Under the pieces are notes generated by a model. That model saw only the letters and a list, made by a program, of their open reading frames with translations. It was not told the origin of the DNA and ran no database searches. A stretch of DNA of 64,000 nt from positions 213,318 to 277,317 of the forward strand of contig JAMCTH010000009.1 of assembly GCA_023379025.1 (NCBI GenBank), read 5' to 3'. Below are positions 9,730-19,722 of this stretch, one piece after another. Source of the DNA: Patescibacteria group bacterium (GTDB taxonomy: Bacteria > Patescibacteriota > Microgenomatia > UBA10105 > UBA927). The first letter of the stretch is position 1; the number at the start of each line of letters is the position of its first letter. The position numbers were made by a program, and so were the translations under genes.

Positions 9730-11253
9730 TTACTCCCATTCCATGGTTGCCGGAGGCTTGGTCGTGATATCGTAGACGACGCGGGAGATGCCCGGCACCT
9801 CATTTATTATCCGCGATGACATGGCTTGAAGAAGGGAATAGGGGAGACGAGACCATGTGGTCGTCATGACGTCATGCGACTCGATAATCCGGATGGCGGC
9901 AACTTCCCCGAAAAATCTTCCGTCTCCCTTGACTGCCGTTGACCGCGCCCCGGTCATGACAGGGAAAGACATATATACTTTCCGGCGCCAGCCGGATTTT
10001 TCCATTTCCTCCATCACAATTTGGTCAGCCTGTTTTTCTTGAATAAGCCGTCCCTCCGTTACCTCGCCGATAATGCGTATTGCAAACCCTGGACCGGGGA
10101 ACACCTGTTTTTGGATAACAGAGTCTGGGAGGCCAAGTTTTTTCCCCAGGGAACGCACTTCATCTTTATAAAGATTCCGCAGGGGTTCGACCAATCGAAG
10201 ATTCATGGTGGGCGGGAGACCGCCCACGTTATGGTGGGATTTAATCTTATCCGCATTTTTGCTGCCGCGGCTTTCGATGACGTCGGAAAAAATAGTTCCC
10301 TGGATAAGGACACGGACATCCGGGTGCCGCCGCGCTTCCGCTTCAAACAACCGGATGTAGAGCGCACCGATTGCTTTCCGTTTTTCTTCCGGGTCGGTAA
10401 GGCCCCTGAGCGCCTGAAGAAACTGAGTCTCAGCATGGATAATCACCGGTCTGATGCGAAAGTGTGCGGTAAAGAAGCGTTCGACTGCGTCTCCGGTTCC
10501 CGGCCGCATGAGACCGCTGCTGATATAGACTGGTATGAGCCGGTGGCCGATTGCGCGGGCGGCAAGAGCTGCGGCAACCGTCGAATCGACCCCGCCGGAA
10601 ACAGCAATAAGTGCGGTTTTTCCTCCAATTGCATTTGCGGTTTCTTTGATCACTGAAGGAACTGCAAGCGCGCGTTTTTTAAGTTTTACTCTGCAGATGT
10701 GCTCTACGAAATTTTTAAGAATCAGATTTCCGTATTGTGTATGTTCTATCTCCGGATGGAACTGGAGGCAGTATATTTGCTTTTTTTCATTCTCCATTGC
10801 TGCAACCGGAAGGCCATCGGTTCCTCCCGTTACGACAAATCCGGGTGGTACCTCAAACACTTGGTCACCGTGACTCATCCAGACGCGGAAGGGGTTAGTG
10901 GAAATAGACCCGAACAATCGGGACGGCCGCATGAGGCGGAACGTTGCAGGGCCATACTCTTTCGTTTTTCCGGGTTTGACCGTGCCACCCAGTAATAATC
11001 CGGTCAGCTGCATGCCGTAACAGACGCCGAGTATCGGAACGCCGAAGGAAAATATTTTTTTCTCAACGTTCGGCGATCCGTTGAGGTTGACAAACGACGG
11101 CCCGCCGGAAAGGATGATGCCGTCCGGCCGCTCTTTTGCAATTGCAGGGAAGGCGTCTTCCGGTTCGCTATAGGAGACATCTGCTCCCATATCGCCAAGC
11201 CGCCGGCCGATAAGTTTGGTTGTTTGCGACCCGAAATCAATAATGAGAATCAT
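9730..11253 (-). CDS. guaA: GMP synthase (glutamine-hydrolysing)
   Basis: GVCYGMQ, FHPE, SGGVDS, IKSHHNVGG and KPPATMEWE motifs. Confidence 0.97.
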   Translation of the reverse strand: MILIIDFGSQTTKLIGRRLGDMGADVSYSEPEDAFPAIAKERPDGIILSGGPSFVNLNGSPNVEKKIFSFGVPILGVCYGMQLTGLLLGGTVKPGKTKEYGPATFRLMRPSRLFGSISTNPFRVWMSHGDQVFEVPPGFVVTGGTDGLPVAAMENEKKQIYCLQFHPEIEHTQYGNLILKNFVEHICRVKLKKRALAVPSVIKETANAIGGKTALIAVSGGVDSTVAAALAARAIGHRLIPVYISSGLMRPGTGDAVERFFTAHFRIRPVIIHAETQFLQALRGLTDPEEKRKAIGALYIRLFEAEARRHPDVRVLIQGTIFSDVIESRGSKNADKIKSHHNVGGLPPTMNLRLVEPLRNLYKDEVRSLGKKLGLPDSVIQKQVFPGPGFAIRIIGEVTEGRLIQEKQADQIVMEEMEKSGWRRKVYMSFPVMTGARSTAVKGDGRFFGEVAAIRIIESHDVMTTTWSRLPYSLLQAMSSRIINEVPGISRVVYDITTKPPATMEWE

Positions 11254-11531
11254 ACCGGTACCTCATCAGCCTTATCAAAGCTATACGCCTGCATTTGATC
11301 GCCTGTGTTTACGAGATATGTGCCACGGTGTTGCGTCTCATAATCAAACTTATGTTCTCCGTTTTCATCAACCATTTTTCCTACATGGTGTACGACAAGC
11401 GTATGATCGTCTCCTGCTGATACATAAATGGCGTAATCCGTCGCGAGGACTATGATGACCGGCTCCATATCCGGTGAAATCTTTACTTCTGTGACGGGCA
11501 CGCTTCGATTTCCTATCTCTAACGTCTCCAT
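11250..11531 (-). CDS. Hypothetical protein
   Basis: 93-aa ORF with AAGGAGGTGA SD; stop overlaps the guaA start. Confidence 0.65.
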   Translation of the reverse strand: METLEIGNRSVPVTEVKISPDMEPVIIVLATDYAIYVSAGDDHTLVVHHVGKMVDENGEHKFDYETQHRGTYLVNTGDQMQAYSFDKADEVPV

Positions 11532-11611
11532 ACGTTCACCTCCTTAAAACGTATAAAGCCGCAGGACGCGGCTTGATGTATATATCCTCAACGTTATTTT
11601 CCGTTTTTGTT

Positions 11612-12196
11612 TCATGGGCGTTTCAGATGATATTTCCTGACGAATCTGATTTGGTGGGAATCATAATGAAGCGTTTCAAGAAACGTCTGAATATCCGATT
11701 TCGATTTTCCCTCACCTTCAAGTTGTTTTATGATAAGGCCGATCATTTCCGTCGGTTCGTAGGGGAAAAGAATCCATCTGGTGGTTTGTTTGGCAAAGTA
11801 ATCCGGCCGGTATACGGAGCGGGGTTTAACGAACATCGTGAGTGTTGTCACTTTTTCCGGTTGAAATTCAGATAGGTAGGACAGGGCGCGTTTCATGGTT
11901 TTTCCGGAATCAGAGACGTCATCAACCAAAAGTATGTGTTTTTCATGAATATCCGTTTGGAGTCCATGGGTTATTTTGAGTTCACCCTGACTTTGGATAT
12001 CTGTGTAACTTTGAATCGTAATAGTTGAAATAGGGATGCGGAGGAGATCAGAAAGAAGATGCCCTAGTGTCAAACCGCCGCGCGAGATTGCAACGATTTC
12101 GTCCGGATGTTGGCGGCTATTGAGGAGAGCAGCAGCGAGGTTATGGGCAAATCGGTGATAGTGGTCCCAGCTAATTGGAAGATATTGTACTGCCAT
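11612..12196 (-). CDS. Purine phosphoribosyltransferase (gpt/hpt-like)
   Basis: ISRGGL; PRPP motif ILLVDDVSDSGKT; WILFPYE. Confidence 0.88.
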   Translation of the reverse strand: MAVQYLPISWDHYHRFAHNLAAALLNSRQHPDEIVAISRGGLTLGHLLSDLLRIPISTITIQSYTDIQSQGELKITHGLQTDIHEKHILLVDDVSDSGKTMKRALSYLSEFQPEKVTTLTMFVKPRSVYRPDYFAKQTTRWILFPYEPTEMIGLIIKQLEGEGKSKSDIQTFLETLHYDSHQIRFVRKYHLKRP

Positions 12197-12201
12197 ATTT
12201 T

Positions 12202-12230
12202 AGTATCCCGTGTTGTACGATACTTGTCAA
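12202..12230 (-). promoter_or_regulatory. Sigma70 promoter of the PRT gene (likely leaderless)
   Basis: TTGACA-17-GATACT, 5 nt before the ATG. Confidence 0.6.
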
Positions 12231-12369
12231 TCAATAATTTTATTGTTAGCCGTTCGGGTTTTCCCCTGGCGGCTTTCCTTGATAAATGAGAACCTCAACA
12301 CCCTGAGAGCAAATTGCTGCCCGGGGAGATGAACCGTCAGGAAAATATCCTCGAGTAGTTACTGCAAAT

Positions 12370-12669
12370 TCAGTTGCACCCCTGCCTCCCCCGATCAGTT
12401 CCCAACAGACGCGTAAATCCATCATAGGTTACTGTTTTTTGATGTGGGATAAAAATGTTCGCTATTCCCCAGCCTTTTTCAATAGAAATGTGGCGACCCG
12501 ATGTTAGCGTGATAGTCCATGATGTAGTGCCTGGAAGAGCATCGGTATTGATGGGTAAACCTTTCAAAGGTATTTCTACCGGTTCATCTCCGATGTAAAC
12601 GCCTACTATTTGTTCCGAATACGGAATCAGAAATTCCGGCATACATTTCACCTCCCTTCTTTCCATCAA
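12370..12669 (-). CDS. Hypothetical protein
   Basis: 99-aa AT-richer ORF; no recognisable motif. Confidence 0.5.
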   Translation of the reverse strand: MMERREVKCMPEFLIPYSEQIVGVYIGDEPVEIPLKGLPINTDALPGTTSWTITLTSGRHISIEKGWGIANIFIPHQKTVTYDGFTRLLGTDRGRQGCN

Positions 12670-12814
12670 AAATCCCCGCCGAAACGCGGGGATCCTTATC
12701 TATCTTGCTATTGGAGATTTTTTTGGCCTCCATATTTAAGTATAGCATGCTGTGTCAACTAATCCCGATTATTTCGTCTCTTGACGCTTTATGGCCGCGT
12801 CTTATAATAGGAAC

Positions 12815-13450
12815 ATGGAACCGGGTGCGGGAGCAGTCACGTACACGAATAAGCCTCTCAAATACGCAAGTATCGCAATATCCGGCAGGCCCGGAGCCGG
12901 TCGTTCCACTCTCCTCAAAAATCTTAAGGATTTTTTGTTTCCTCTCGGGTGGGAGTTTTTTTCCGGCGGGGACTGGTCGCGGCAGTTTTCGATTCAGGCC
13001 GGCAAACACCACGCATCGGATCCGACCCACCATAAGGCCACGGACTACGGTGATGAGGTGGATCATCAGATCGATGATGCGATGCGTCAGAAGATTTCTG
13101 ATCCGGACGTCCATATGGCTATTGAATCGTGGATTGCCGGATGGAATGCGCGGGGCATCCCGCATGTCCTGAAGGTTCTTCTCATGTGCGATGATGCACT
13201 CCGGATCGACCGGGTCGTGAACCGGGACAATATCTCCGTTGATGAAGCGAAGCAACACCTGCGGGACAGGGAAGAAGCCAATCTCGGCAAGTGGAAGCGC
13301 ATGTACGGGGTTAGCGACTTCTGGGATCCGAAATATTACGACCTTATTCTCAATACCTATTCCCACGCGCCCAAAGAAACGCTCAATCTGGTCCTGCAGG
13401 CGCTTGGGTATTTTTCCGCAAACGGCCAGAAAAAAGAGACAGACAGCTAA
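12815..13450 (+). CDS. cmk: Cytidylate kinase, archaeal type
   Basis: P-loop ISGRPGAGRST; D..IDD..R; R.RV.NRD; YG..F..YDLILNT. Confidence 0.75.
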   Translation: MEPGAGAVTYTNKPLKYASIAISGRPGAGRSTLLKNLKDFLFPLGWEFFSGGDWSRQFSIQAGKHHASDPTHHKATDYGDEVDHQIDDAMRQKISDPDVHMAIESWIAGWNARGIPHVLKVLLMCDDALRIDRVVNRDNISVDEAKQHLRDREEANLGKWKRMYGVSDFWDPKYYDLILNTYSHAPKETLNLVLQALGYFSANGQKKETDS

Positions 13451-13488
13451 GATGATACCTGTCGGTTATTCTTCTTATTTTGCCTTCC

Positions 13489-13947
13489 ATGACCATGACA
13501 GTTAGAGCACATCCCAAGCGGTTCGCCATGATAACCGCATCGTATCTTTTCTTAATCCGTGATCAGAAAATTCTGCTGTCCCGCCGGTACCGTACAGGGT
13601 ACGAGGACGGGAAGTACTCCGTTCCCGCGGGACACGTCGAAGACGGGGAAACCCTCACTGAAGCAGCATCGCGGGAGGTGGGTGAAGAAATCGGACTTTC
13701 GATCAGGCCGCGGGATTTTATCCTCGTTCACGTCATGCACAGAAAAAGTACCGATATCCGGACGGACTTTTTTTTTACGGCAAAACAATGGAGTGGTACG
13801 CCGGTCAATAGGGAACCGGGAAAATGTGATGACCTCCGGTGGTTCCCGCTTGAACATTTGCCGCAAACAACCATACCATATATAAGGCAGGCGATAGAGG
13901 CGTATCGCAAAGGGAAGATATATTCCGAATTCGGGTGGGCACCATGA
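13489..13947 (+). CDS. NUDIX hydrolase
   Basis: Nudix box GHVEDGETLTEAASREVGEEIG; NREPGKCDDLRWF. Confidence 0.92.
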   Translation: MTMTVRAHPKRFAMITASYLFLIRDQKILLSRRYRTGYEDGKYSVPAGHVEDGETLTEAASREVGEEIGLSIRPRDFILVHVMHRKSTDIRTDFFFTAKQWSGTPVNREPGKCDDLRWFPLEHLPQTTIPYIRQAIEAYRKGKIYSEFGWAP

Positions 13948-14534
13948 TACCGTCGAAATTCGATATTGCCCGTTTGTGGGATACGTATCATCTACCGGAA
14001 TATAAGAGGCAGCATGTCAGGATTGTGGCGCAGGTGGCGCTGTTTTTGTCCGTCCGTCTGAAGGAGCATGATCCGTCGGTCGTCATCAACGACCGGCTTC
14101 TTCGTGCTGCGGCATTGCTTCATGATATTGATAAAGAGGTTCCGAAACTGCCGGGGGAGCGGCACCCGGACGCCGGCGTGCGCATCCTGGCCGATGAGGG
14201 GCTGGATGAGGTGGCGACACTCGTAAAGACCCATCCGCTCCATACGATTCTGAATCCCACACTTGCACCAAAAACGTGGGAAGAAAAACTCCTTTTTTTG
14301 GCGGACAAGATGGTGAAACATTCCGTCATTTCCGTTGACGAACGCTTTGCCTTATGGCGTGAGGAAGATCTACCCCGGGATGCACGACACATGCTTCATG
14401 ATACATACCCGAAAGTAAAAGCGCTCGAATCGGATATTCTGAAAAGAGCGGGCGTGACCCTTTCGGACATACAGCGCCATGCGACGGAGGCGGCTATCCG
14501 GGCGTTACTTGCGAAAGTTCCGTCTCTGGAGTAG
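13944..14534 (+). CDS. HD-domain phosphohydrolase
   Basis: H...AALLHDIDK...H...H...LADK. Confidence 0.85.
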   Translation: MIPSKFDIARLWDTYHLPEYKRQHVRIVAQVALFLSVRLKEHDPSVVINDRLLRAAALLHDIDKEVPKLPGERHPDAGVRILADEGLDEVATLVKTHPLHTILNPTLAPKTWEEKLLFLADKMVKHSVISVDERFALWREEDLPRDARHMLHDTYPKVKALESDILKRAGVTLSDIQRHATEAAIRALLAKVPSLE

Positions 14535-14569
14535 GATCAGGATAACGGGCGTTCCCGGAAGGAGGAAGT

Positions 14570-15175
14570 ATGAAAAAAACCGCACTGGCAGTCTTTGCAG
14601 CGACCCTTACCGTTCTTCTCGGATCATCCGGAGCGCTTCATGCAACCGCGGCACCGGTTGTCCTGGTTCTTGCCAGGAATGCTTCACAGGGGATCGTGGT
14701 ACCGGCACCCGGAATGATGCAGGAGGGCACAATGTCCTCGACCATCGAATACACGCTCCCGTACCCCGGCATACTTCCGGACCACCCGCTCTATTTCCTC
14801 AAACAAATCCGCGATAAAATACTGGACTGGCTGATTGTCGATCCGGGAAAAAAAGCGGACTTTCTGATCCTTCAGGCGGATAAACGGCTTGCCATGGGCA
14901 TTGCCCTCACGGATGAAGGAAAAACCGTTCTTGCCGAGCAGACCATCTCGAAAGGGGAAAAATACATGGACCGGGCGGTCGGCGAACTCGAGACGCTCAA
15001 AGATTCGGGGAAATTCTTTCCTCCGGGGTTATTGGATCACCTCCGTCTGTCCATGGCCAAGCATACGGAAGTTCTCGGCGGGATGATTACCCAAGCATCC
15101 GGAACCGTACGGTCCGGGCTGGAGGGGTCGGTCCGGTTGGTTGGACAACTCGGGGCCAGAGTAAAGGCATTGTGA
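14570..15175 (+). CDS. DUF5667-like exported protein
   Basis: Signal peptide; YTLPYPGILPDHPLYFLK; ADKRL. Confidence 0.8.
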   Translation: MKKTALAVFAATLTVLLGSSGALHATAAPVVLVLARNASQGIVVPAPGMMQEGTMSSTIEYTLPYPGILPDHPLYFLKQIRDKILDWLIVDPGKKADFLILQADKRLAMGIALTDEGKTVLAEQTISKGEKYMDRAVGELETLKDSGKFFPPGLLDHLRLSMAKHTEVLGGMITQASGTVRSGLEGSVRLVGQLGARVKAL

Positions 15176-15339
15176 GACCGACGCCGCGCACGCGACATCT
15201 CTCCTGTTTTGAACACATCTTTTTTGATGCGCGTTGCCCGTGATGATCCACGGGGATTTTTTTCCGAAGATTTTCCTCACCCCGCAGCCGGCTGAAGCTG
15301 GAACAGCACCCTGAGTTTTTTTGATATAGTATTTGCCAG

Positions 15340-15392
15340 TTGACGCGCTTTATATAGTGTCTTAGGATGTGATTCGGCACCAGATATAGCGT
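15340..15392 (+). promoter_or_regulatory. nrdR-nrdJ promoter with two NrdR boxes
   Basis: TTGACG(15340)-17-TAGGAT(15363). Boxes gcgctttatatagtgt (15345-15360) and gcaccagatatagcgt (15377-15392) start 32 bp apart and match acaCwAtATaTwGtgt. Confidence 0.8.
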
Positions 15393-15494
15393 CTGCAATT
15401 TCACGGCAGCACACTGGGCACATGACGGCGACGGGTAAGGAAAGGGGAGTCAGGTGCTCATTTCGGTTTGACGGTGCAGGGAAAACCGACCGGT

Positions 15495-15941
15495 ATGAAA
15501 TGTCCCTATTGCGCATATAGTGATACGGAGGTCATCGAAACCCGGGATAGCGAAGATTTGAGCGTAACCAGACGGCGGCGGAGCTGCCCGAAGTGCGAAA
15601 AAAGGTTTACGACCTATGAACGGCTGGAAACCGTGCCGCTGACCGTCATAAAAAAGGATGACCGTCGGGAAACATTTGACCGGGAAAAGCTGCGGCGCGG
15701 GATCTGGCGGGCAAGCGGAAAAACAACGATAAAGGCAGAGGATGTTGAGCGGATTGTCAATGAAGTGGAACGGGAGCTGATCGCAGGGGATACGACCGAA
15801 GTGACCAGCAAGCGTATTGGGGAGTTGGTAGCCAGACGGCTGAAAAAAATTGACAAAATTGCCTACATCCGGTTTGCAAGCGTCTTTCGGCGGTTTGTCG
15901 ATATCGAGGATTTTGAAAAGGAAGTGAAGAAGCTGCTTTAA
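15495..15941 (+). CDS. nrdR: Transcriptional repressor NrdR
   Basis: MKCPYC...RRRRSCPKCEKRFTTYE; ATP cone; AYIRFASVF. Confidence 0.97.
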   Translation: MKCPYCAYSDTEVIETRDSEDLSVTRRRRSCPKCEKRFTTYERLETVPLTVIKKDDRRETFDREKLRRGIWRASGKTTIKAEDVERIVNEVERELIAGDTTEVTSKRIGELVARRLKKIDKIAYIRFASVFRRFVDIEDFEKEVKKLL

Positions 15942-16015
15942 ATTGCTGCATGGTTGCATTGCCGCATTGCTGTGTAAGGCCTCAGCCATGAAACAATGTA
16001 ACAATGTAACAGTGC
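15942..16015. repeat. Octamer periodic repeat with inverted arms
   Basis: attgctgc/atggttgc/attgccgc/attgctgt followed by agccatga/aacaatgt/aacaatgt/aacagtg. Confidence 0.75.
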
Positions 16016-16052
16016 CAGTGTTTGTCGGATTTGTTTCATACATACAAAAATT

Positions 16053-19000
16053 ATGGAGCTGACAGGAATCCGGGAGACGGTATTTCTCGACCGTTACGCC
16101 CTTAAAGACGAAGCGGGCAAGCCGATGGAACAAACTCCCGAGGAAATGTGGCGGCGCGTGGCGCACGCCATATCGCTGGTTGAGCCGAAAACCAAGCAGG
16201 CGTATTGGGAGGAGCAGTTTTATAAAGCGATGGAGCAGTTCGTGTTCGTGCCCGGCGGGAGGATTTTGTCCGGAGCAGGCACGGGCTATAAGGTGACCTT
16301 TTATAACTGCTTCGTGATCCCTTCTCCCCACGATTCCCGCGGCGGAATTCTCAAAACGCTTGCGCAGATGGTAGAGATCATGTCCCGCGGCGGCGGCGTG
16401 GGGATCAACCTCTCGAGCCTCCGGGCCCGCGGCGCGCGCGTAAAGAAGGTCAACGGATTTTCGTCCGGACCGTGCAACTGGGCGGAACTGTTCAGTGTGG
16501 CAACCCGGGACATCATCCAGCAGGGCGGAAGCCGGCGCGGCGCGCTCATGCTCATGCTCTGGGACTGGCACCCCGATATTGAGGAATTCATAACGGTCAA
16601 ACAGGATTTGTCCCGGATAAACGGCGCGAACCTTTCCGTGTGCGTCTCGGATGCCTTCATGGAGGCAGTCAAGACCGACGGCGACTGGGAGCTCAAATTT
16701 CCCGATATCGACGATCCGGAGTATGACACCAAGTGGGACGGGTATCTCCCCAACTGGATTGCCCTCGGAAAAAAGGTTCACGTCTATAAAACCGTGAAAG
16801 CCCGGGCACTTTGGGATCTTATCGCAAAATCCGCCTGGCGGAGCGCCGAGCCCGGCGTCGTCTTCATGGAGCGCTATAACAAGTGGTTCAACAATTATTA
16901 CTGGGAATATGTCAACTGCGTCAATCCATGCGTGACAAAAGATACATTGGTTTCAACGACCCGGGGAATGAAAACTATCAAAGACTTGTATCGTGATGGG
17001 AAACCCTTTATGGTGCTTGTTGACGGAAAGAACTATCTCTCCTCACCAGTGTTTAGCACAGGTACCAAAAAGGTGTATCGGTTGGTAACGAAAGAAGGCT
17101 ACCAAATACGATTGACCCGAGATCATAAGGTATATACGCCTACGGGAAAAGTCGCTGCTGGCAGCCTGGTTAAGGGGAATAAGATTGTATTGGGCAAAGG
17201 TGGAGCATTTGGAGTGCGTGGGACAGTAGAAGAAGGCCAGGTTTTAGGTTGGTTAGTGGGCGACGGAAGCATGAAAGCTGATGTAGCGACGCTCTATTTT
17301 TATGAGCAGGAGAAGGAAGAGCTGGCTCCGGGATTTGCAGCAATGGTGGATGCTATGGTTGGCGGCGAACAAGTGGTGTCGCGCTCCTATAGCATTGGTC
17401 CTCAATACGTTCCACAGGAAAATAAGGCAATCGTAGAGTCGGTGCGTTTATGGCGGGTGGCCCAACAATACGGCATAACGCACGAAAATAAATATGTCGT
17501 TCCAAAAGCGGTGTTTCTCGGAAGTGAGGCAATGCAAAGAGGATATCTGCAGGGGTTGTTCTCAAGTGACGGTCATGTAGAGGGCAACCGTGAAAAAGGG
17601 GTTAGCGTTCGGTTGACATCCGTGAATAAAATGCTTTTGGTGGGAGTTCAACAGTTGTTACTCAATTTTGGGATTGTAAGCACGATATATGAAAATCGAA
17701 GGAGCGCGGGCAAACGTCTCCTGCCGGATGGTCGCGGTGGACACCGGGAATACGTTTGTCAGGCTTACCACGATTTAGTGATTTCAAAGACGGACCTACA
17801 TCTGTTCGGAAGTCTTATCGGATTTTTGCAGGTGAAGAAACAAGAGAAGCTGAGAACGCTTTTGGCTACATATGTACGCGGACCGTACCGTAAATCATTT
17901 ACGGCAACATTTGATCATTTGGATGAAGAGGGGAGAGAAGATGTTTTTGATATTACTGTCGCTTCCGTGCATAAGTTTGTTGCAAACGGACTTACCGTTT
18001 CAAATTGCGGAGAAGAGGGGCTTCCGAACTGGGGCGTATGCAACCTGTGCTCCATAAATCTTGCGGCCCTCGTCAATGAGGCCGGAGAAATGAATTATAA
18101 ACGGCTCGCGGAGGTCGCCAAAACCGGCGTGCGCTTCCAGGACGACGTTATTGACAGCGACTTTTACGTCTTCCCGGAAATCAAAAAGCGCCAGCTGGAA
18201 GGGGAGCGCCGCATCGGGCTCGGAACCATGGGACTGGGGGACGCGCTTATCAAGATGAGGCTCCGCTACGGCTCGCAGGAAAGCCTTTCGGTCATCGATA
18301 AAATCTACCGGACAATCCGGGACGCGGCCTATGAGGCCTCCGTCGATATTGCGGAAGAAAAAGGCGCATTTCCGGGCATGGATACGGACCAGCACCTCGA
18401 GGCGTATTTTATCAAGCAGCTTCCGGAAGAGATCCGCCGCCGCATGAAAAAACACGGGGTCAGGAATTCCGTCATTCTCCAGCAGGCGCCGACGGGGTCG
18501 ACATCGCTTCTGGCCGGAGTTTCGAGCGGGATCGAACCGGTGTACGAGTTTGAATTCATCCGGCGTGACCGGCTGGGCGAGCACCGGCTGCGCCACCCTC
18601 TCTACGATGCATGGGTCGACGGATATAAAAGGGCGCACGACGGACAGGAGCCGCCAAAGGAAGCGCGTCCGGATTATTTCGCGTCGGCAAACGATCTGAC
18701 GCCGGAGGACCATGTCTATGTACAGGCCGCGATCCAGAAATACGTCGATGCCTCAATCAGTAAAACCGTCAACGCGCCCAAGGCCCACTCTGTCGAGGAC
18801 GTGAAGCGGCTGTACACTCTGGCCTACGAACTCGGGTGTAAAGGCATCACCTACATGAGAGCCGAGAGCAGGCCCGGCGTCCTTACGCGCGTGGACGAGG
18901 ATACACACCGCGAGGGAAAGCCCGACGGAAACGCCAATGTCCAGGTAGGATCGCAGTATGTCCCGGAGGTCAAACCCCGTCCGATGGTCGTTCACGGCTC

Positions 19001-19625
19001 GACCTATCAGGTGGAGACGCCGGTCGGGCAGGCGTATGTCACGATCAATACCAACGGCGGCAACCAGCCGGTTGAACTCTTTGTCAATGTCGGAAAAGCG
19101 GGAAGCGATGTGACCGCGATGGCAGAGGCCATGGGCAGACTGATTTCCCTGATGCTGCGCATCGCCTCCCCCATACCTCCGATGGAGCGTGCCAAAAAGA
19201 TCGCGGCGGAGCTTATCGGCATCGGGGGGGCGCGAAGCCTCGGATTCGGGGAAAACCGGGTACGGAGCCTGCCGGACGCGGTTGCCAAGATTATCGACCG
19301 TCACTTCGGCTTCTTTGCCAAACATAAACTTGTCAATACCGATGCAATTGAGCCGGCACCCGCAGCGGGAAGTACGAACGGACACGGCGTGCCTGCCGCA
19401 GCCGCGGACGGCCGCCTGCCGCAAGAAGCCGGTACCGGAACCCATGAGGCAGGCGGACGAGAGGAGGGAAGCATCGCCGCACAGCAGCCGCTCTTCGGCA
19501 TGACCATAGCTCCTCCGGACAAACGCATGGTGACCGTCGACCTGTGCCCCAACTGCGGGGAGGGGAGTCTCGTGTTTGAGGAATCCTGCAAGAAGTGCTA
19601 CAGCTGCGGGTACTCGGAATGCTAG
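16053..19625 (+). CDS. nrdJ: Class II (AdoCbl-dependent) ribonucleotide reductase with intein, TSCPD domain and Zn ribbon
   Basis: NCFV, SRGGGVG, QGGSRRGA, NP|CGE, CNLCSINL, APTGS and GCKGITY motifs; C-terminal CPNC/CYSCGYSEC. Confidence 0.95.
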   Translation: MELTGIRETVFLDRYALKDEAGKPMEQTPEEMWRRVAHAISLVEPKTKQAYWEEQFYKAMEQFVFVPGGRILSGAGTGYKVTFYNCFVIPSPHDSRGGILKTLAQMVEIMSRGGGVGINLSSLRARGARVKKVNGFSSGPCNWAELFSVATRDIIQQGGSRRGALMLMLWDWHPDIEEFITVKQDLSRINGANLSVCVSDAFMEAVKTDGDWELKFPDIDDPEYDTKWDGYLPNWIALGKKVHVYKTVKARALWDLIAKSAWRSAEPGVVFMERYNKWFNNYYWEYVNCVNPCVTKDTLVSTTRGMKTIKDLYRDGKPFMVLVDGKNYLSSPVFSTGTKKVYRLVTKEGYQIRLTRDHKVYTPTGKVAAGSLVKGNKIVLGKGGAFGVRGTVEEGQVLGWLVGDGSMKADVATLYFYEQEKEELAPGFAAMVDAMVGGEQVVSRSYSIGPQYVPQENKAIVESVRLWRVAQQYGITHENKYVVPKAVFLGSEAMQRGYLQGLFSSDGHVEGNREKGVSVRLTSVNKMLLVGVQQLLLNFGIVSTIYENRRSAGKRLLPDGRGGHREYVCQAYHDLVISKTDLHLFGSLIGFLQVKKQEKLRTLLATYVRGPYRKSFTATFDHLDEEGREDVFDITVASVHKFVANGLTVSNCGEEGLPNWGVCNLCSINLAALVNEAGEMNYKRLAEVAKTGVRFQDDVIDSDFYVFPEIKKRQLEGERRIGLGTMGLGDALIKMRLRYGSQESLSVIDKIYRTIRDAAYEASVDIAEEKGAFPGMDTDQHLEAYFIKQLPEEIRRRMKKHGVRNSVILQQAPTGSTSLLAGVSSGIEPVYEFEFIRRDRLGEHRLRHPLYDAWVDGYKRAHDGQEPPKEARPDYFASANDLTPEDHVYVQAAIQKYVDASISKTVNAPKAHSVEDVKRLYTLAYELGCKGITYMRAESRPGVLTRVDEDTHREGKPDGNANVQVGSQYVPEVKPRPMVVHGSTYQVETPVGQAYVTINTNGGNQPVELFVNVGKAGSDVTAMAEAMGRLISLMLRIASPIPPMERAKKIAAELIGIGGARSLGFGENRVRSLPDAVAKIIDRHFGFFAKHKLVNTDAIEPAPAAGSTNGHGVPAAAADGRLPQEAGTGTHEAGGREEGSIAAQQPLFGMTIAPPDKRMVTVDLCPNCGEGSLVFEESCKKCYSCGYSEC
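16929..18005 (+). mobile_element. Intein (359 aa) with LAGLIDADG homing endonuclease, inserted in the NPCGE active-site motif
   Basis: Starts CVTKDT, ends FVANGLTVSN before Cys+1. Contains LTRDH (block B), LGWLVGDG and YLQGLFSSDG. More AT-rich than the exteins. Confidence 0.93.
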
Positions 19626-19633
19626 AGACGTTA

Positions 19634-19715
19634 CAAAACGTAAATTCCAAATCACAATGACCAACACGGATAGAAGAGTTTGTATTGGACATTGAAATTT
19701 GTGATTTGAGATTTC
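19634..19715. repeat. Heptamer periodic repeat with inverted arms
   Basis: caaatcacaa (19648-19657) pairs with ttgtgatttg (19699-19708); aatgaccaa/ttggacatt. Confidence 0.75.
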
Positions 19716-19722
19716 TAACCAT

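Noticed and set aside
12234-12247. 14-mer ataattttattgtt shared with 47961-47974
   Set aside because: AT-rich, only two copies in non-equivalent positions; cannot be distinguished from chance.
15400-15494. Cobalamin riboswitch in the nrdR leader
   Set aside because: Only scattered words (cactggg, gggtaagg, agtcagg); no T-loop hairpin or closing helix. NrdR boxes already explain regulation here.
15450-16781. 443-aa minus-strand ORF
   Set aside because: Antisense shadow of nrdR/nrdJ with no motifs.
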